From: an uncultured Acidobacteriota bacterium
GTDB lineage: Bacteria; Acidobacteriota; JAQAZP01
Direction: 5' to 3'
NCBI GenBank assembly: GCA_963836075.1
Contig: CAWIIB010000001.1
Location: 736,001-800,000 of the forward strand
DNA length: 64,000 bases
Shown here: in pieces, positions 10,062 to 20,874 of the stretch
Position numbering within the stretch: position 1 is the first letter of the stretch
Layout of the letters: each line of letters begins with the position of its first letter
Notes under the pieces: model-generated
The model's input: only the letters and a program-made list of their open reading frames with translations
Told to the model about the DNA's origin: nothing
The model's database searches: none
Translations under genes and position numbers: made by a program

Positions 10062-10399
10062 CCGTCAGTGGCCGTGTCACCCGATGGCGCGAAAGGCGGC
10101 TGGTTGTAAGGCGCCGGTGTCACGTCGGCACCGAGGATGGAGAACAGGCTCTGCCCCACCAGCGAGCCCAGGCCCGGGAAGTTCTGGTTCCAGCAGGTGC
10201 TGTAGGTCTCCGAGGGGCTGAGGTTGGTCCAACCGGCACGCCAGTTGGGATAGGTGGTGGCGTTGGGCAGCTGGAAGGTGATCGAAGCCGCCATCCGCCG
10301 GTTCTCGTCGGTGAGGTTGGTCAGCCCCGCACAAAACTGGGAGGCGAAGGGCAGCGTGCCGTTGTCCGGCAGGCAGCTCAAGCTCACCGCCAGGGTGTC
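10034..10399 (-). repeat. PYNQPP C-terminal domain, copy 1 (121 aa)
   Basis: DTLAVSLSCLPDNGTLPF...LTN...RAGWTNL...LVG...DVTPAPYNQPPFAPSGD...CTITGTMP*. Confidence 0.95.
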
Positions 10400-12688
10400 G
10401 GTGGGCGGCGGGGTGTCCGATTCGCCGGTGACCCGCACGTCGTCAACATACCAGCCGCCGGCGCTCACCGAACTGTCACAGGCCAGCCGGAAGCGGATGC
10501 TGGTGCTGGCGCCGCTGAAGGAACTGAGGTCCGCCACCACCTGGGTCATGGTTCCGCCGCTGTTGCCCGACCAGGCACTCCGGCCGCCGATGGGGCTGCT
10601 GTAACCGGTGGAGATGGTGTCGTTGTAGCCGCCCTGGGTGATCTGGGGACCGAGGTCGGTCCAGTTGGATCCGCCGTCGGTGGAGATCTCGATCACGCAG
10701 CCGTCGTAGCCGCCCTCCATGTCGTAGCGGTGCCAGAAGGTCAGCTCGCCGTTCAGCTCGAGGTTCACCGGGTCGGTGACCAGGTAGTCGTCCTTCAGCG
10801 CGTCGTCATCGGAAGAAAACCAGCAGTGGGTCGGGCTGTGGGCGCTGCCCTCGGTGATGATGGCCCAGTCGTCGACGCCCTGGCCCGCGCTGTGCGTCCA
10901 GAGGCTGTCGCCGCTTTCCATCTCGTCCCAGAACAGGTCGCCGCTGATGGTCAGGCTGAAGGTGTCGGTGTCGGAGAGCCCGCCGTCACCGCTGATGTTC
11001 AAGGTGAAGGTCACCCCGTGCAGCTCCGGTGTGGAGGCCGAGATGTCGATGGTGTAGTCACTGCTCGACGCCCCGGTGCCCGACTGTGGAATATCAGGGT
11101 AGCTGGAACTGTTCTGGGTCACGGTGATGTAGCTGTCGCTCTCGCTGAGCGTGGCCGACACGCCGGTGGCGGTGCCGATGCCGATGTTCTCCAGGATCAC
11201 GGTGAGGTCGACGGTTTCGCCCGGCTCGGGAATGCCGTTGCCGTTGCCGCCGGCGCTGTCGTCGAGGGCCACACTGTGGAAGTCGAGGTTCGGCTCGGCG
11301 GCCATGGCCACCAGCTGCACGTTGCGCACGGTCTCCTGTTCCCAGGTCACCGGCACGTTGTCCAGGGTCTGGTCATGGTAGCCCGGGGACGAGTAGGTCA
11401 CGTCGTAGCTGCCGGTGTGGAGCGGACGGACATAGTTGCCGTGGTCCGGGTCGCTGTGCACCGGTCTGTTCATGGTGATCCCGGCCACGTTGATGTCGGC
11501 AGCCAGGGGTGCGCCGGTGACCGAGTCGGTGACCGTGCCGGATATCCCCTTGCCCGCCAGGTCGATGTGGTAGAGCATGGAGTCCCGGTTGTCGTCCCAG
11601 TAGTCGGCGATTTGCGAGGCCGGCGGCGCCGAGGGGTCGGACAGCTCGATGATCACATCGAAATCGGCATACCACCAGTAGTTCCAGTCCTGCATATTGC
11701 CGTGGGTCATGTACCACTCGACGCCGCGGGTCACGCCGTCGGTGAAGGAGGTGCTGTTGTACATCGGCAGGTTGCGCGAGGAGTAGCCGATGGCCATGTT
11801 GTAGAAGAAGGTGTCGTCGGGGCAGTAGTCCCAGGTGCAGTCGTAGGGGTAGTTCACCACCGTTGCCCCGGTGTGGAAGTTGGCCGAGAGCACGAAGGTG
11901 TGGTCCGGCTGCCAGAGAATCATCAGCCCGGTCTCGGTGGCGCGTCCGGCAGGCGTATTGACCGGATCGTCGATGAAGTCGGGGAAATCACGGTTCAGGT
12001 CGGTGCCCTGGGCGTTGTAGCGGGATCCGGAGACATACCCGTCGGGATTCATCAGCGGCATGATGAAGATCTCGCGGCCGTTGACCATGGCGGTAATGTC
12101 CGGGTCCGACCCGTAATTCATCAGCAGGTGCTCGATGAGGTTGAGCAGCAGCGGAACGCAGAGGGTCTCGTTGCCGTGCATGGCGCCGACATACTTGAAT
12201 TCGGGCTCGGCCTCTTCCACGCTCACATTGTCGCTGATCTTGGCCACCCAGAGGTCGCGGCCATTGGTGGACTGGCCGATGCTGAAGACCTCGCAGAGGT
12301 CGGGATAGGCGGTCTCCATGCTCGCCATCCAGGTTTCCATCTCGCTGAATGTGGGATAGCTGGTCCACTCGCGTCCGGGGGCGGGGATGAAGCCCTGCTG
12401 ACCGATGGTCTGCAGGTAGTCCCGGCTGGTGTCCACGATGGGGTAGACGGTGAACCCTTCGGACAACAGTTCCAGCCGCTCCTTGGCCACCAGGTAAGCG
12501 TCGGCATATTCGCCTGGACGGACCGTGACGATGTCCAGGTTCATCTTCACCAGCCGGTCCACCGAGGAGGACTCGGTGATGTCGATGCGCATCAGCACCG
12601 GTTCCTCGGCCGCCGCCACGGCGGAAAAAGAAAACCCGGCCAGGACCAGCAAGACTGTCAGCAGCGTGGAAAAACGTGAGCAGTGCAT
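10034..12688 (-). CDS. Secreted multidomain M14 carboxypeptidase (N/E-type) with beta-sandwich domains and C-terminal PYNQPP domain
   Basis: AAGGAG RBS and signal peptide; AMHGNE, MNPDG, DLNRDFP, SANFHTG, GNMQDWNY; regulatory-like domain GISGTVTD; DDSAGGNGNGIPEPGE domain; M6/MAM-like LTFWH..YDG..EIS domain. Confidence 0.9.
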   Translation of the reverse strand: MHCSRFSTLLTVLLVLAGFSFSAVAAAEEPVLMRIDITESSSVDRLVKMNLDIVTVRPGEYADAYLVAKERLELLSEGFTVYPIVDTSRDYLQTIGQQGFIPAPGREWTSYPTFSEMETWMASMETAYPDLCEVFSIGQSTNGRDLWVAKISDNVSVEEAEPEFKYVGAMHGNETLCVPLLLNLIEHLLMNYGSDPDITAMVNGREIFIMPLMNPDGYVSGSRYNAQGTDLNRDFPDFIDDPVNTPAGRATETGLMILWQPDHTFVLSANFHTGATVVNYPYDCTWDYCPDDTFFYNMAIGYSSRNLPMYNSTSFTDGVTRGVEWYMTHGNMQDWNYWWYADFDVIIELSDPSAPPASQIADYWDDNRDSMLYHIDLAGKGISGTVTDSVTGAPLAADINVAGITMNRPVHSDPDHGNYVRPLHTGSYDVTYSSPGYHDQTLDNVPVTWEQETVRNVQLVAMAAEPNLDFHSVALDDSAGGNGNGIPEPGETVDLTVILENIGIGTATGVSATLSESDSYITVTQNSSSYPDIPQSGTGASSSDYTIDISASTPELHGVTFTLNISGDGGLSDTDTFSLTISGDLFWDEMESGDSLWTHSAGQGVDDWAIITEGSAHSPTHCWFSSDDDALKDDYLVTDPVNLELNGELTFWHRYDMEGGYDGCVIEISTDGGSNWTDLGPQITQGGYNDTISTGYSSPIGGRSAWSGNSGGTMTQVVADLSSFSGASTSIRFRLACDSSVSAGGWYVDDVRVTGESDTPPPTDTLAVSLSCLPDNGTLPFASQFCAGLTNLTDENRRMAASITFQLPNATTYPNWRAGWTNLSPSETYSTCWNQNFPGLGSLVGQSLFSILGADVTPAPYNQPPFAPSGDTATDGCTITGTMP

Positions 12689-12923
12689 AAAAGAACTCCT
12701 TGTTGCAAGACGGATGACATTCACCAACCCATCCCTTGATATTCACATTTTGTACCAGAACGTGTCGGTAATGACAAGGTTTTAGGGATACTCGGAAGAT
12801 CCATCAAAACTGGAGGTCAACAGACTGTTGCCACAGCCACGTCCCCCCGTCACGACCTTGACCATTCCCCCGAGGGCGCCACGCTGGGCATTTTTTTACC
12901 CAATTTCGACAATGAAATTCATA

Positions 12924-12952
12924 TTGACGCCGGACCTGCCAGTGATTATCAT
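12924..12952 (+). promoter_or_regulatory. Putative sigma70 promoter for the HEAT-repeat gene
   Basis: TTGACG-N17-TATCAT, ~65 nt upstream of ATG 13019. Confidence 0.55.
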
Positions 12953-13018
12953 CATGGAAAATAATGGTTTGCCGGCCCTGTGGTGCCCCGGCGGCCGGAC
13001 CACACCAAGGAGAATTCG

Positions 13019-13693
13019 ATGAAACTGACCAGATCGATGGGAGGGATTCTTGTCCTGTGCATCGGCCTGAGCCTGTCGCTCACGGCCGCGGCCGACCAGA
13101 TCGCCAAGGGCGACAAGGCACTGCGGGCCGGAGACACGGCCAAGGCCGTTGCCGCCTACCAGAAAGCGCTGAACAGCAAGAACGCCGACGTGCGCGAGGA
13201 CGCCATCGACCGCCTGGCCCGTCTGGGTGGCCCCGAAGCCACCGCCGCCCTCTCCCGGGCGCTGAAAGACCCGGAGCCGGACGTGGTGGAAGCGGCGGCC
13301 GAGGCCCTGATGATGGTCCGCGACCCGGCGGCGGTCCAGGCGCTCACCGACGCGCTGAACTTCCCGCTCACCGATGAGAAAGCCAAGCGCAAGATCGTCC
13401 GCGCCCTGGGACAGACCGGCGGTGCGGGAGCCGCATCCGCCGTGGCGCCCCTGCTCACCAGCCCGGACAGGAAGCTGCGCCGGGAGGCGGCCCAGGCCCT
13501 CTCCCTGGTGGGCACCCAGGCCGACCTGCCGGCCCTTGAAGCGGCGGCCAACGACATGGACATGGAAGTGCGGATGGCTGTTCAGCAGGCCATCACCCAG
13601 GCAAAAACCCGTCCCGCTCCCCAGCCAGCGGCACCGGCAGCCACCGCAGGTGAAGTGCCGGCAACCGACGCGCCGGCGGAGGATGGACAATAG
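13019..13693 (+). CDS. Exported HEAT-repeat protein
   Basis: AAGGAG RBS; signal peptide; repeats VREDAIDRLARLG, VVEAAAEAL, LRREAAQALSLVG; Pro/Ala-rich tail. Confidence 0.85.
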   Translation: MKLTRSMGGILVLCIGLSLSLTAAADQIAKGDKALRAGDTAKAVAAYQKALNSKNADVREDAIDRLARLGGPEATAALSRALKDPEPDVVEAAAEALMMVRDPAAVQALTDALNFPLTDEKAKRKIVRALGQTGGAGAASAVAPLLTSPDRKLRREAAQALSLVGTQADLPALEAAANDMDMEVRMAVQQAITQAKTRPAPQPAAPAATAGEVPATDAPAEDGQ

Positions 13694-13713
13694 CCTCAAC
13701 CGAACAGGGCCCG

Positions 13714-15318
13714 ATGCGCACAACACTCCAGCGCCGCGGTGGACCGTTGCTTTCCGTCGCGGCACTGCTGCTCATCCTCCTGCTGCCCTGTGCCGCCGGG
13801 GGCTGCGGCTTCTTCTCCCACCCCGGGGGCGAACACCGACTGACCGTGCTCTACTTCGGCGACCTTCACGGCCACCTGCTGCCCCCCGAGGGCGAACCGG
13901 AGGCACCATCCCCCCCCCACCAGCCGGCGGCGGATAACCTGACCCCGGCCGCTTCGGCGGGGTTTGCGCGGCTGGCCGGCCTGGTGGAACGGATCCGCCA
14001 GGAAAACCGCGAGGCCGGCATCCCCACCCTCCTGCTGGTCTCCGGCGACTGTCTCCAGGGAACCCCGGTGTCCACCCTCTTTCGAGGGGAGGCCGAGTTC
14101 CGGGCCCTGAACCTGCTCCGGCCGGATGCCATGGTGCTGGGCAACCACGAGTTCGACTACGGACTGACCCGCCTGCGGGAACTGATCGCCATGGCGGATT
14201 TCCCGGTGCTGGCGGCCAACATCTCCGAGGCCAACGGCCAGCCGCTGGTCCCGGCCTTCACCACCCACTACTTCGACCACTTTTTCGTGGCCACCATTGG
14301 CACCACGGCCGAGGATACGCCGACCCTCTCCCTGCCGGCCAACGTGGAAGGGTTGACCTTCCGGCCGTCTCTGGCCGCCACCTGGGAGACCTTCAGCACC
14401 GTCCGTTTCACCGCCGACTTCTGTATCGCCCTGACCCACCAGGGCCTGGCCCGGGACCGCCACCTGGCCCAGTCCCTGGCCGGTATCAGCCTGGTGGTGG
14501 GGGGGCACGACCACCTGGCCCTGGAGCAGCCGGTGTTCGCCAGGAAGCACTGCCCGGTGGTGCATGCCGGGTGCGACGGTCTCTTCCTCGGCCGGCTGGA
14601 CCTGGTGTTCCTCAAGGAGTCCGCCCGCGGGATGCCAAAGATCACCGCGCACGAGAATGTCCTGATCCCCATCGACCACTCCCTGCCCCGGGACCCCCGG
14701 ATGAGCGCCCTGCTGGAGGAGTACGGCCGCCTGGCCCGGCAGGCCTACGGCGAACCCCTGGGCCGGCTGGACCAGCCCCTGGAGGGCAGCAGGTCGCTGG
14801 TGCGCAGCGGAGAAACCGCTCTGGGCCGGCTGGTCACCGACCTGATGCGCGATGCAGCCGGCGCCGACGCCGCCCTGATCAACGCCGGGGCCATCCGCGC
14901 CTCGATCAAGGCCGGCGAGGTTTCATTGGCCGACGTGGTCACCGCCCTGCCCTTCAACAACCGGGTGGTGCTGATCACCGTCAGCGGGGCGCAGTTGGAG
15001 TCCTCCCTGCGCCACGGCCTCGCCTCGTCGGCCGCCGCCGGTCCCGGCGCGGGGCACGGCGGCGCCTTCCTCCAGGTCTCGGGAATCAGCTTCACGGTGC
15101 AGGGGGGTGAACCCGCGGACATCCGGGTGGGCGGAGCAGCCCTCGATCCCGAGGCGGAATACCTGGTGGCGGTGAACGATTTCCTCGCCGACGGCGGTGA
15201 CGGGTTCGGGCCCTGGCTGGGCCGGGACCCCGGGGAACGCTACGAGACATACTTCCTGGTCCACGACCTGGTGGCCGAGCAGATCAGGCGTCAGAGCGGA
15301 GGGGCGGACGCCCCATAG
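13714..15318 (+). CDS. Bifunctional metallophosphatase/5'-nucleotidase (UshA-like)
   Basis: GDLHGH, SGDCLQG, LGNHEFDYG, LTHQG, GGHDH, INAGAIR, LPFNN, FLADGGDGF. Confidence 0.92.
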   Translation: MRTTLQRRGGPLLSVAALLLILLLPCAAGGCGFFSHPGGEHRLTVLYFGDLHGHLLPPEGEPEAPSPPHQPAADNLTPAASAGFARLAGLVERIRQENREAGIPTLLLVSGDCLQGTPVSTLFRGEAEFRALNLLRPDAMVLGNHEFDYGLTRLRELIAMADFPVLAANISEANGQPLVPAFTTHYFDHFFVATIGTTAEDTPTLSLPANVEGLTFRPSLAATWETFSTVRFTADFCIALTHQGLARDRHLAQSLAGISLVVGGHDHLALEQPVFARKHCPVVHAGCDGLFLGRLDLVFLKESARGMPKITAHENVLIPIDHSLPRDPRMSALLEEYGRLARQAYGEPLGRLDQPLEGSRSLVRSGETALGRLVTDLMRDAAGADAALINAGAIRASIKAGEVSLADVVTALPFNNRVVLITVSGAQLESSLRHGLASSAAAGPGAGHGGAFLQVSGISFTVQGGEPADIRVGGAALDPEAEYLVAVNDFLADGGDGFGPWLGRDPGERYETYFLVHDLVAEQIRRQSGGADAP

Positions 15319-15438
15319 GTCGGCGATTTCCACTTTGTGAGCCGCTCTCCCTGAAGCACCAACGACAGCAGCCCATACCTGGAAGGAGGAGTGCGCCCAC
15401 GGCCCCGAATGGTGTGAACCATCCCCAAGGGGCAACTG

Positions 15439-15467
15439 TTGAATGACAGCACAGTAGTCGTTATAGT
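15439..15467 (+). promoter_or_regulatory. Putative sigma70 promoter for ftcD
   Basis: TTGAAT-N17-TATAGT, ~85 nt upstream of ATG 15551. Confidence 0.5.
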
Positions 15468-15550
15468 TAGGCTCCCGGGCGGCGCGGGGCCGGCAATTCG
15501 CAGACATCCCCCCCCGGTGGGGACAGCAAGAGGAGCTTCGAGGTCGACAG

Positions 15551-17224
15551 ATGAGAAAACTCGTTGAGTGCGTTCCAAACTTCAGTGAAGGCCGTGACCA
15601 GGCGATCATCGATTCGATTACCGGCGAGATCAGCCAGGTGGACGGGGTGACCCTCCTCGACGTGGACCCCGGCGCGGACACCAACCGCACCGTGGTCACC
15701 ATGGTGGGCGATCCTGACGCGGTGGTGGAAGCGGCTTTTCAGGCCATACGCAAGGCCGGCGAACTGATCGACATGCGAGGCCACAGCGGCGCCCACCCGC
15801 GGATGGGGGCCACCGATGTCTGCCCCTTTGTCCCGGTGAGCGGGCTGACCATGGACGACTGCGCCGAACTGGCCCGGCGTCTGGGCCAGCGGGTGGGCGA
15901 CGAGCTGGGCATCCCGGTCTACCTCTACGAGCTCGCCGCCTCACGGCCCGAACGGCAGAACCTGGCCGACGTGCGCAAGGGTGAATACGAGGGCCTGGCC
16001 GAACGGGAGGGGAACGACTACTGGGATCCGGACTTTGGACCGAACACCTTCAACGCCCGTTCCGGGGCCACGGCCATCGGCGCCCGGGAGTTCCTCATCG
16101 CCTACAACATCAACTTCAACACCCGGGACAAGAAGCGGGTCAACGATATCGCCCTGGAGATTCGCGAAGCCGGGCGGAACAAACGGGGCCCGGACCGCAA
16201 ATTCATCCGTGACGAGAACGGCGTGCCGATCAAGCAGCCGGGCCTCTTGAAGGCGGTCAAGGCCATCGGCTGGTATATCGAGGACTACAACGTAGCCCAG
16301 CTTTCGGTGAACCTCACCAGCTACACCACTACCCCCCTGCACCTGCTGTTCGAGACCGTGCGCGAGGAAGCGCGCAAGCGCGGCCTGCGGGCCACCGGCA
16401 GCGAGCTGGTGGGGCTGATCCCCCTCGACGCCCTCCTGGAAACCGGCCGCCACTACCTCGACCTGCAGGGCGGGTCCAGGGGCATCCCCGAGCGGGACAT
16501 CGTGCACATCGCGGTGAAGTCGTTGGGACTGGACGAGCTCTACCCCTTCGACCCGGAGAAAAAGATCATCGAATATGCGGTGCGCGAAAAAGGCGAACTG
16601 GCCTCGCTCACCGTGGAGGGCTTCTGTGACCTGCTCTCTTCCGATGCCCCGGCTCCCGGCGGGGGCAGCGTGGCCGCACTCTGCGGAGCGCTCTGCGCTG
16701 CGCTCACCGCCATGGTGGGCAACCTGACCACCGGCAAGGGGATCGACGCCGAGCGGAGGCAGGCGGCCTGGGCCCTCTCCGAGCGGGGTCAGAAACTGAA
16801 GGAGGCCTTTGTGCTGGCCATCGACGAGGATACCCGGGCCTTCAACCGGGTGATGGACTGCTTCCGCCTGCCCAGGAATACCGACGAACAGCAGGAAGCC
16901 CGGCAGGCGGCCATCGAGGAGGCCAACAAGGGGGCCACCATGGTGCCGCTGGAAGTGCTGCGCCGTTCGGTGGAGGCCCTGGAGCTGGCCGAGCAGATGG
17001 TGCCCATCGGCAACCCCAACTGCGCGTCGGATGCCGGGGTGGCCGGGCTCACCGGCCGCACCGCCGCCCACGGGGCGTACTACAACGCCCTGATCAACCT
17101 CGCCGGCATCGAGGACGAGGACTTCTGCTCCAAGGTGCGGGAGGAGGCGGGAAAGCTCAAGGACGAGGCCGACGAGATCGCCGGCCGGATCGCCGCGGCC
17201 ACCGAGGAGAAGCTGACCGGCTGA
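15551..17224 (+). CDS. ftcD: Glutamate formimidoyltransferase / formimidoyl-THF cyclodeaminase
   Basis: LVECVPNFSEGR, HPRMGATDVCPFVP, GAREFLIAYN, SELVGLIP, APGGGSVAA. Confidence 0.96.
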   Translation: MRKLVECVPNFSEGRDQAIIDSITGEISQVDGVTLLDVDPGADTNRTVVTMVGDPDAVVEAAFQAIRKAGELIDMRGHSGAHPRMGATDVCPFVPVSGLTMDDCAELARRLGQRVGDELGIPVYLYELAASRPERQNLADVRKGEYEGLAEREGNDYWDPDFGPNTFNARSGATAIGAREFLIAYNINFNTRDKKRVNDIALEIREAGRNKRGPDRKFIRDENGVPIKQPGLLKAVKAIGWYIEDYNVAQLSVNLTSYTTTPLHLLFETVREEARKRGLRATGSELVGLIPLDALLETGRHYLDLQGGSRGIPERDIVHIAVKSLGLDELYPFDPEKKIIEYAVREKGELASLTVEGFCDLLSSDAPAPGGGSVAALCGALCAALTAMVGNLTTGKGIDAERRQAAWALSERGQKLKEAFVLAIDEDTRAFNRVMDCFRLPRNTDEQQEARQAAIEEANKGATMVPLEVLRRSVEALELAEQMVPIGNPNCASDAGVAGLTGRTAAHGAYYNALINLAGIEDEDFCSKVREEAGKLKDEADEIAGRIAAATEEKLTG

Positions 17225-17328
17225 TCCGGATGCGCTCCTTGAAGAACGTGCAGGCGGTCCGGTTGTTCCCCCGCGCTTTGCGACCGGAGCGAGGAGCAAC
17301 AGGGCAAAAACCGGCCCTGATCGTCGTT

Positions 17329-19496
17329 CTACTGCATATACCCCAGTGCCCTGAGGTGTGCCCGGGTGGCTTCGTCCAGTTCGGCGGTGCCGTCCGATTT
17401 CTCCAGCGTGTCATAGAGCGACCGCTGGCGGGAGAGGTGGTCCATCAGCACGCTCTTCATCGCCAGCCGCCGTTCCGGGTCGAGGTCTGCGATGTTGATC
17501 TGTTCCTGCGGGTCGCTGGCCAGATCATAGAGCTGGTCCTCGCCGGTGTCCTCGTCCAGCACATACTTGAACTGCCCGTCGCAATAGCCTTTGAGGTCGC
17601 GGTAGTAGATCATCGACTCGTAGAACGCCGGGCGGTCCAGGGGCTCCTCCTCGCCGCGGATCAGCGGAAGCAGGCTCTGTCCTTCGGCCAGCTCGAGAGG
17701 CGGCAGGCCGAGGAAGTCGAGTATGGTGGGGGCCACGTCCACCAGGCGGACCTGGCTGTCGATCTGCCGGTTGGCCACCGCGTAGCCGTCGGGCAAACGG
17801 ATGACCAGCGGCACCCTCACCACCTCGGTGAAGAAGGTGTGGCCGTGGGAGACGTCGTGGTGCTCCCAGAACTCCTCGCCGTGGTCGGAGGTGAAGATGA
17901 TCATCGTGTTTTCCAGCAGTCCCAGCTCGCGCACCCGGTCGAGAAGACGGCCGATCTGCCGGTCGGTGTACTCCACCTCACGGTTGTAGAGATCCTCCAC
18001 GTGCAACCGGTCCACTTCCTCCAGCATGAGCCCCTTGCGGTAGCCCACCACCATCCCGGAATTGAGCGGCGGGATTTTGGTGCTGCGATATTTCTTGCCC
18101 GCCTCCTCGGTCCACTGGCCCCGGGCGATATACGGTTCGTGGGGATCGATCACGTGGAGCCAGAAGAAGAAGTTGCTCTCCCGGTTGGCCTCCAGGAAAT
18201 CGAGGGCGTAGTCGACGTGCATTCTGGAATTGCTGGTGTCCTGGCGGGCGGTGGTGTCGGGAAAAATGGTGCGCAGGAACCGGAACCAGAGGTTGGCCGA
18301 CCAGGTACCTGGGTCCGCAGCCGGTGCTTCATGTGGTCGTAGAACCTGAACCCCTGGTGCGCCCCGAAGGCCTCCAGCAGCCAGCCGTTGGACACCACCG
18401 CGCCGGTCATCATCCCCGCGTCTTCCAGCGTCTCGGCCAGGGTCACCCGCAGGTCGTCGAGACGGTCCTGCATCGAGGTCACTCCGTGGGCGGTGGGATA
18501 CATGGAGGTGTGAATGGTGCAAAGGGAGGGCAGGGTCCAGGGGGAATTGGCCTGCATGCTGGTGAAGACCACGCCGTCACGGGCCAGCTGGTCGAGGTTC
18601 GGCGTCTGCGGCCCCAGGGGGTCGGAGACCGACAACCGGTCGCCGCGCAGGGTATCCACCGAAATCAGGATCACGTTGAGGTTCTGCCGGGCGGTGGTTT
18701 CCACGGTGGCCATGCTGAACTGGGCTTTTTTGGCGGCCAGGGGCAGGAAGGTGCAGCAGGCCAGCAACAGCAGAACCAGGGTCAGCTGGTGCCGGGTGAA
18801 AAAGCTGCGCCGCCACCCGGCCTGGTAGCGGGGGGCGAGGAAACGCCAGGTGGCCCAGGTGAGCAGCAGCAGCCCGCCGAGAAACCCGGCCAGGATGAGA
18901 AAGAACTTCGCGTTGAATTCATACTTGAGGTAGACCCGGTTGACCCAGAGCAGCGGCGGCGTGAGCAAAATGGCCCACAACCCGAACGCCACCATCAGGG
19001 CTTTCAGCTTCGGTGCCCCGGGGTAGCGCCGCATGCGACCGGCCAGCATGCCCACGGCCAGACCGATGAACAGCCCGGCAAAGATCAGCCGCAGGTTGAA
19101 GAAGATCTTCGAAGGGTTGACCATCAGGTGCAGCTTGACACTCGGGTTGAACATCATGAAGATAAAGATCGTTACCACCACCGCCGTGGCCAGGCCGGAA
19201 AAGAAGGGCACGAACCGGTCCTCGTCCCGGAACAGCGGGTAGCGCCGGCCGAAGATCAGGTAGAGCAGCAGCGCCAGCAGCCCGAGAACCAGTCCCCAGC
19301 CCACCGCCTCGGCAAAGATCGGGGTGAAAAACACCTGGATCAGCTTGGGGATGGAGGTGAGCGGAACACCGGTGGACGCTCCTGATGTCACGGTGGTGGA
19401 GAGAAACCCTTCCTGGAATCCCAGCAGGGCCCCGAGGACCACGCCGGTGCGCCAGCCGAATCCAAGTACGTCTTTCCAGTTCATTCTATCTGTCAT
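17329..19496 (-). CDS. Sulfatase-like protein with N-terminal multi-TM domain; frameshifted at ~18300-18310
   Basis: ORF 18150..19601 gives several TM helices plus ISVDTLRGD and PWTLPSL; ORF 17329..18522 gives WLHVIDPH, TSDHGEEF, LYDLASDPQE and LRALGY; frames switch at RLRTQ..WSANLW. Confidence 0.8.
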
Positions 19497-19674
19497 ATTC
19501 CTGGTATCGGATTGCCTCGCCGCCCACCGGTTTCCAAGGCGGGGTACCCTGTGATGTGACCGGGGCACACCGGAAGGCCTGGGCCGAGGTATGTTGAACA
19601 ACCCCTGAAATGGGAAAAACGAGTATAAACCCCTGCCCGGGCCGAATCAAGAAAAGCTGAAGAGGGCCAAAGAC

Positions 19675-20700
19675 CTACCCGGCCCGGTCCTGCGGGGCCC
19701 CCGGGTCGAGAAGGCGCGGGGGGATGATGGCCGAGGCCCGGCCGAACAGCGTCTCCGGCAACCCCATGGCCCGCATGATGCGCACCGCCCGGTCCAGGGG
19801 ATTGGTTTCCCTGTCGATCTCCCGGGCCATGCCCCAGGGCACCAGGCCGGGCAGCCACCTGGCGTGGACCGGCATCGGCCAGTCACTGCCGTGGAGCAGG
19901 CGGGGGATGACCTCCTCGTCCTGCACCACCCGCCGCACCAGGCCGGGCCGCCGGGGCAGGCTGAAGGCCGACACATCCCCCCAGGCGTTGGGGAACAAGC
20001 GGAGAATCTGCAAAAAGCCCTCCAGGCAGTGTGACTCCCAGGGCAATACGTTCAGAGCGCAATGCGCGGCCACCGCGTTCACCCCGCGCTCCAGGGCAGG
20101 TCTGAGCATCCGGGGGTCCTGGAGATCCGGGCGCAGCACGGTGAAGGCCTGCTCCGGCCCGGTGTGGCAGATCAGGGGGATGCCGTGGTCCACCAACCGG
20201 TCGAAGAAGGGGCGGCAGCGGGGGTCGGCGGGATCGATGTTCTGGCTGGTGGGCAGCCACTTCACCGCAGCCGCCCCCAGCTCGGCGCAGCGGTCCAGCT
20301 CATCCAGTGCGTCGGGGCGGTAGGGGTGGATGGAAACCCCGGCCAGCACTCGCGGTTCGCCGGCGGCGATGCCCAGCACGTAGTCGTTGGGGATGTAGAG
20401 TTCCAGCCGCCCGTCGTCCGGGGTGCCGGCATCGCCATACACCCGGTCGTAGGCCAGCAGCAGCCCGTAGTCGATCTCCCGCGCACCGTTCAGGTGGCCC
20501 AGCAGCGCCGCCTTGAACGCCCGGTCGCCGCCCGTGCCCAGCTGGCGCCAGGGCAGTCCCATGGAACGGGAAAGATACCAGGTCAACGGGCTCCGTCTCA
20601 TCCGCCGGCTCATCAGACAACCACTGTCTGCCGACCCGTCGCCGGCCAGGTGGATGTGGAAATCGATTCGCGCTCCGCCGGGGCGCTCCGTCCCGTCCAT
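19675..20700 (-). CDS. Amidohydrolase family protein (Amidohydro_2-like)
   Basis: IDFHIH, SIHPYRPDA, VKWLP, ICHTG, AAHC, LLHGSDWP. Confidence 0.85.
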   Translation of the reverse strand: MDGTERPGGARIDFHIHLAGDGSADSGCLMSRRMRRSPLTWYLSRSMGLPWRQLGTGGDRAFKAALLGHLNGAREIDYGLLLAYDRVYGDAGTPDDGRLELYIPNDYVLGIAAGEPRVLAGVSIHPYRPDALDELDRCAELGAAAVKWLPTSQNIDPADPRCRPFFDRLVDHGIPLICHTGPEQAFTVLRPDLQDPRMLRPALERGVNAVAAHCALNVLPWESHCLEGFLQILRLFPNAWGDVSAFSLPRRPGLVRRVVQDEEVIPRLLHGSDWPMPVHARWLPGLVPWGMAREIDRETNPLDRAVRIMRAMGLPETLFGRASAIIPPRLLDPGAPQDRAG

Positions 20701-20874
20701 CAACCTGATCTCTCCAGATCCTCCGCCCCCCCGTGCCCGGGCGGCGGCGTGTTTCTTGACAGCCACTGCCCTCACTGGCAGTATTGCAGTTGATAATAGT
20801 AACACCTATCTCCATTCAAGGGTGCCACCGCCCCGCGGTTGCGGGCTGTGGACTGACCGGAGGTCTGACAAGGA

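Noticed and set aside
15320-15435. Possible SRP RNA, 6S RNA or glycine riboswitch in the gap before ftcD
   Set aside because: Only fragmentary similarity (GGAAGG; GGAGAG...GCCGA); conserved cores are missing.
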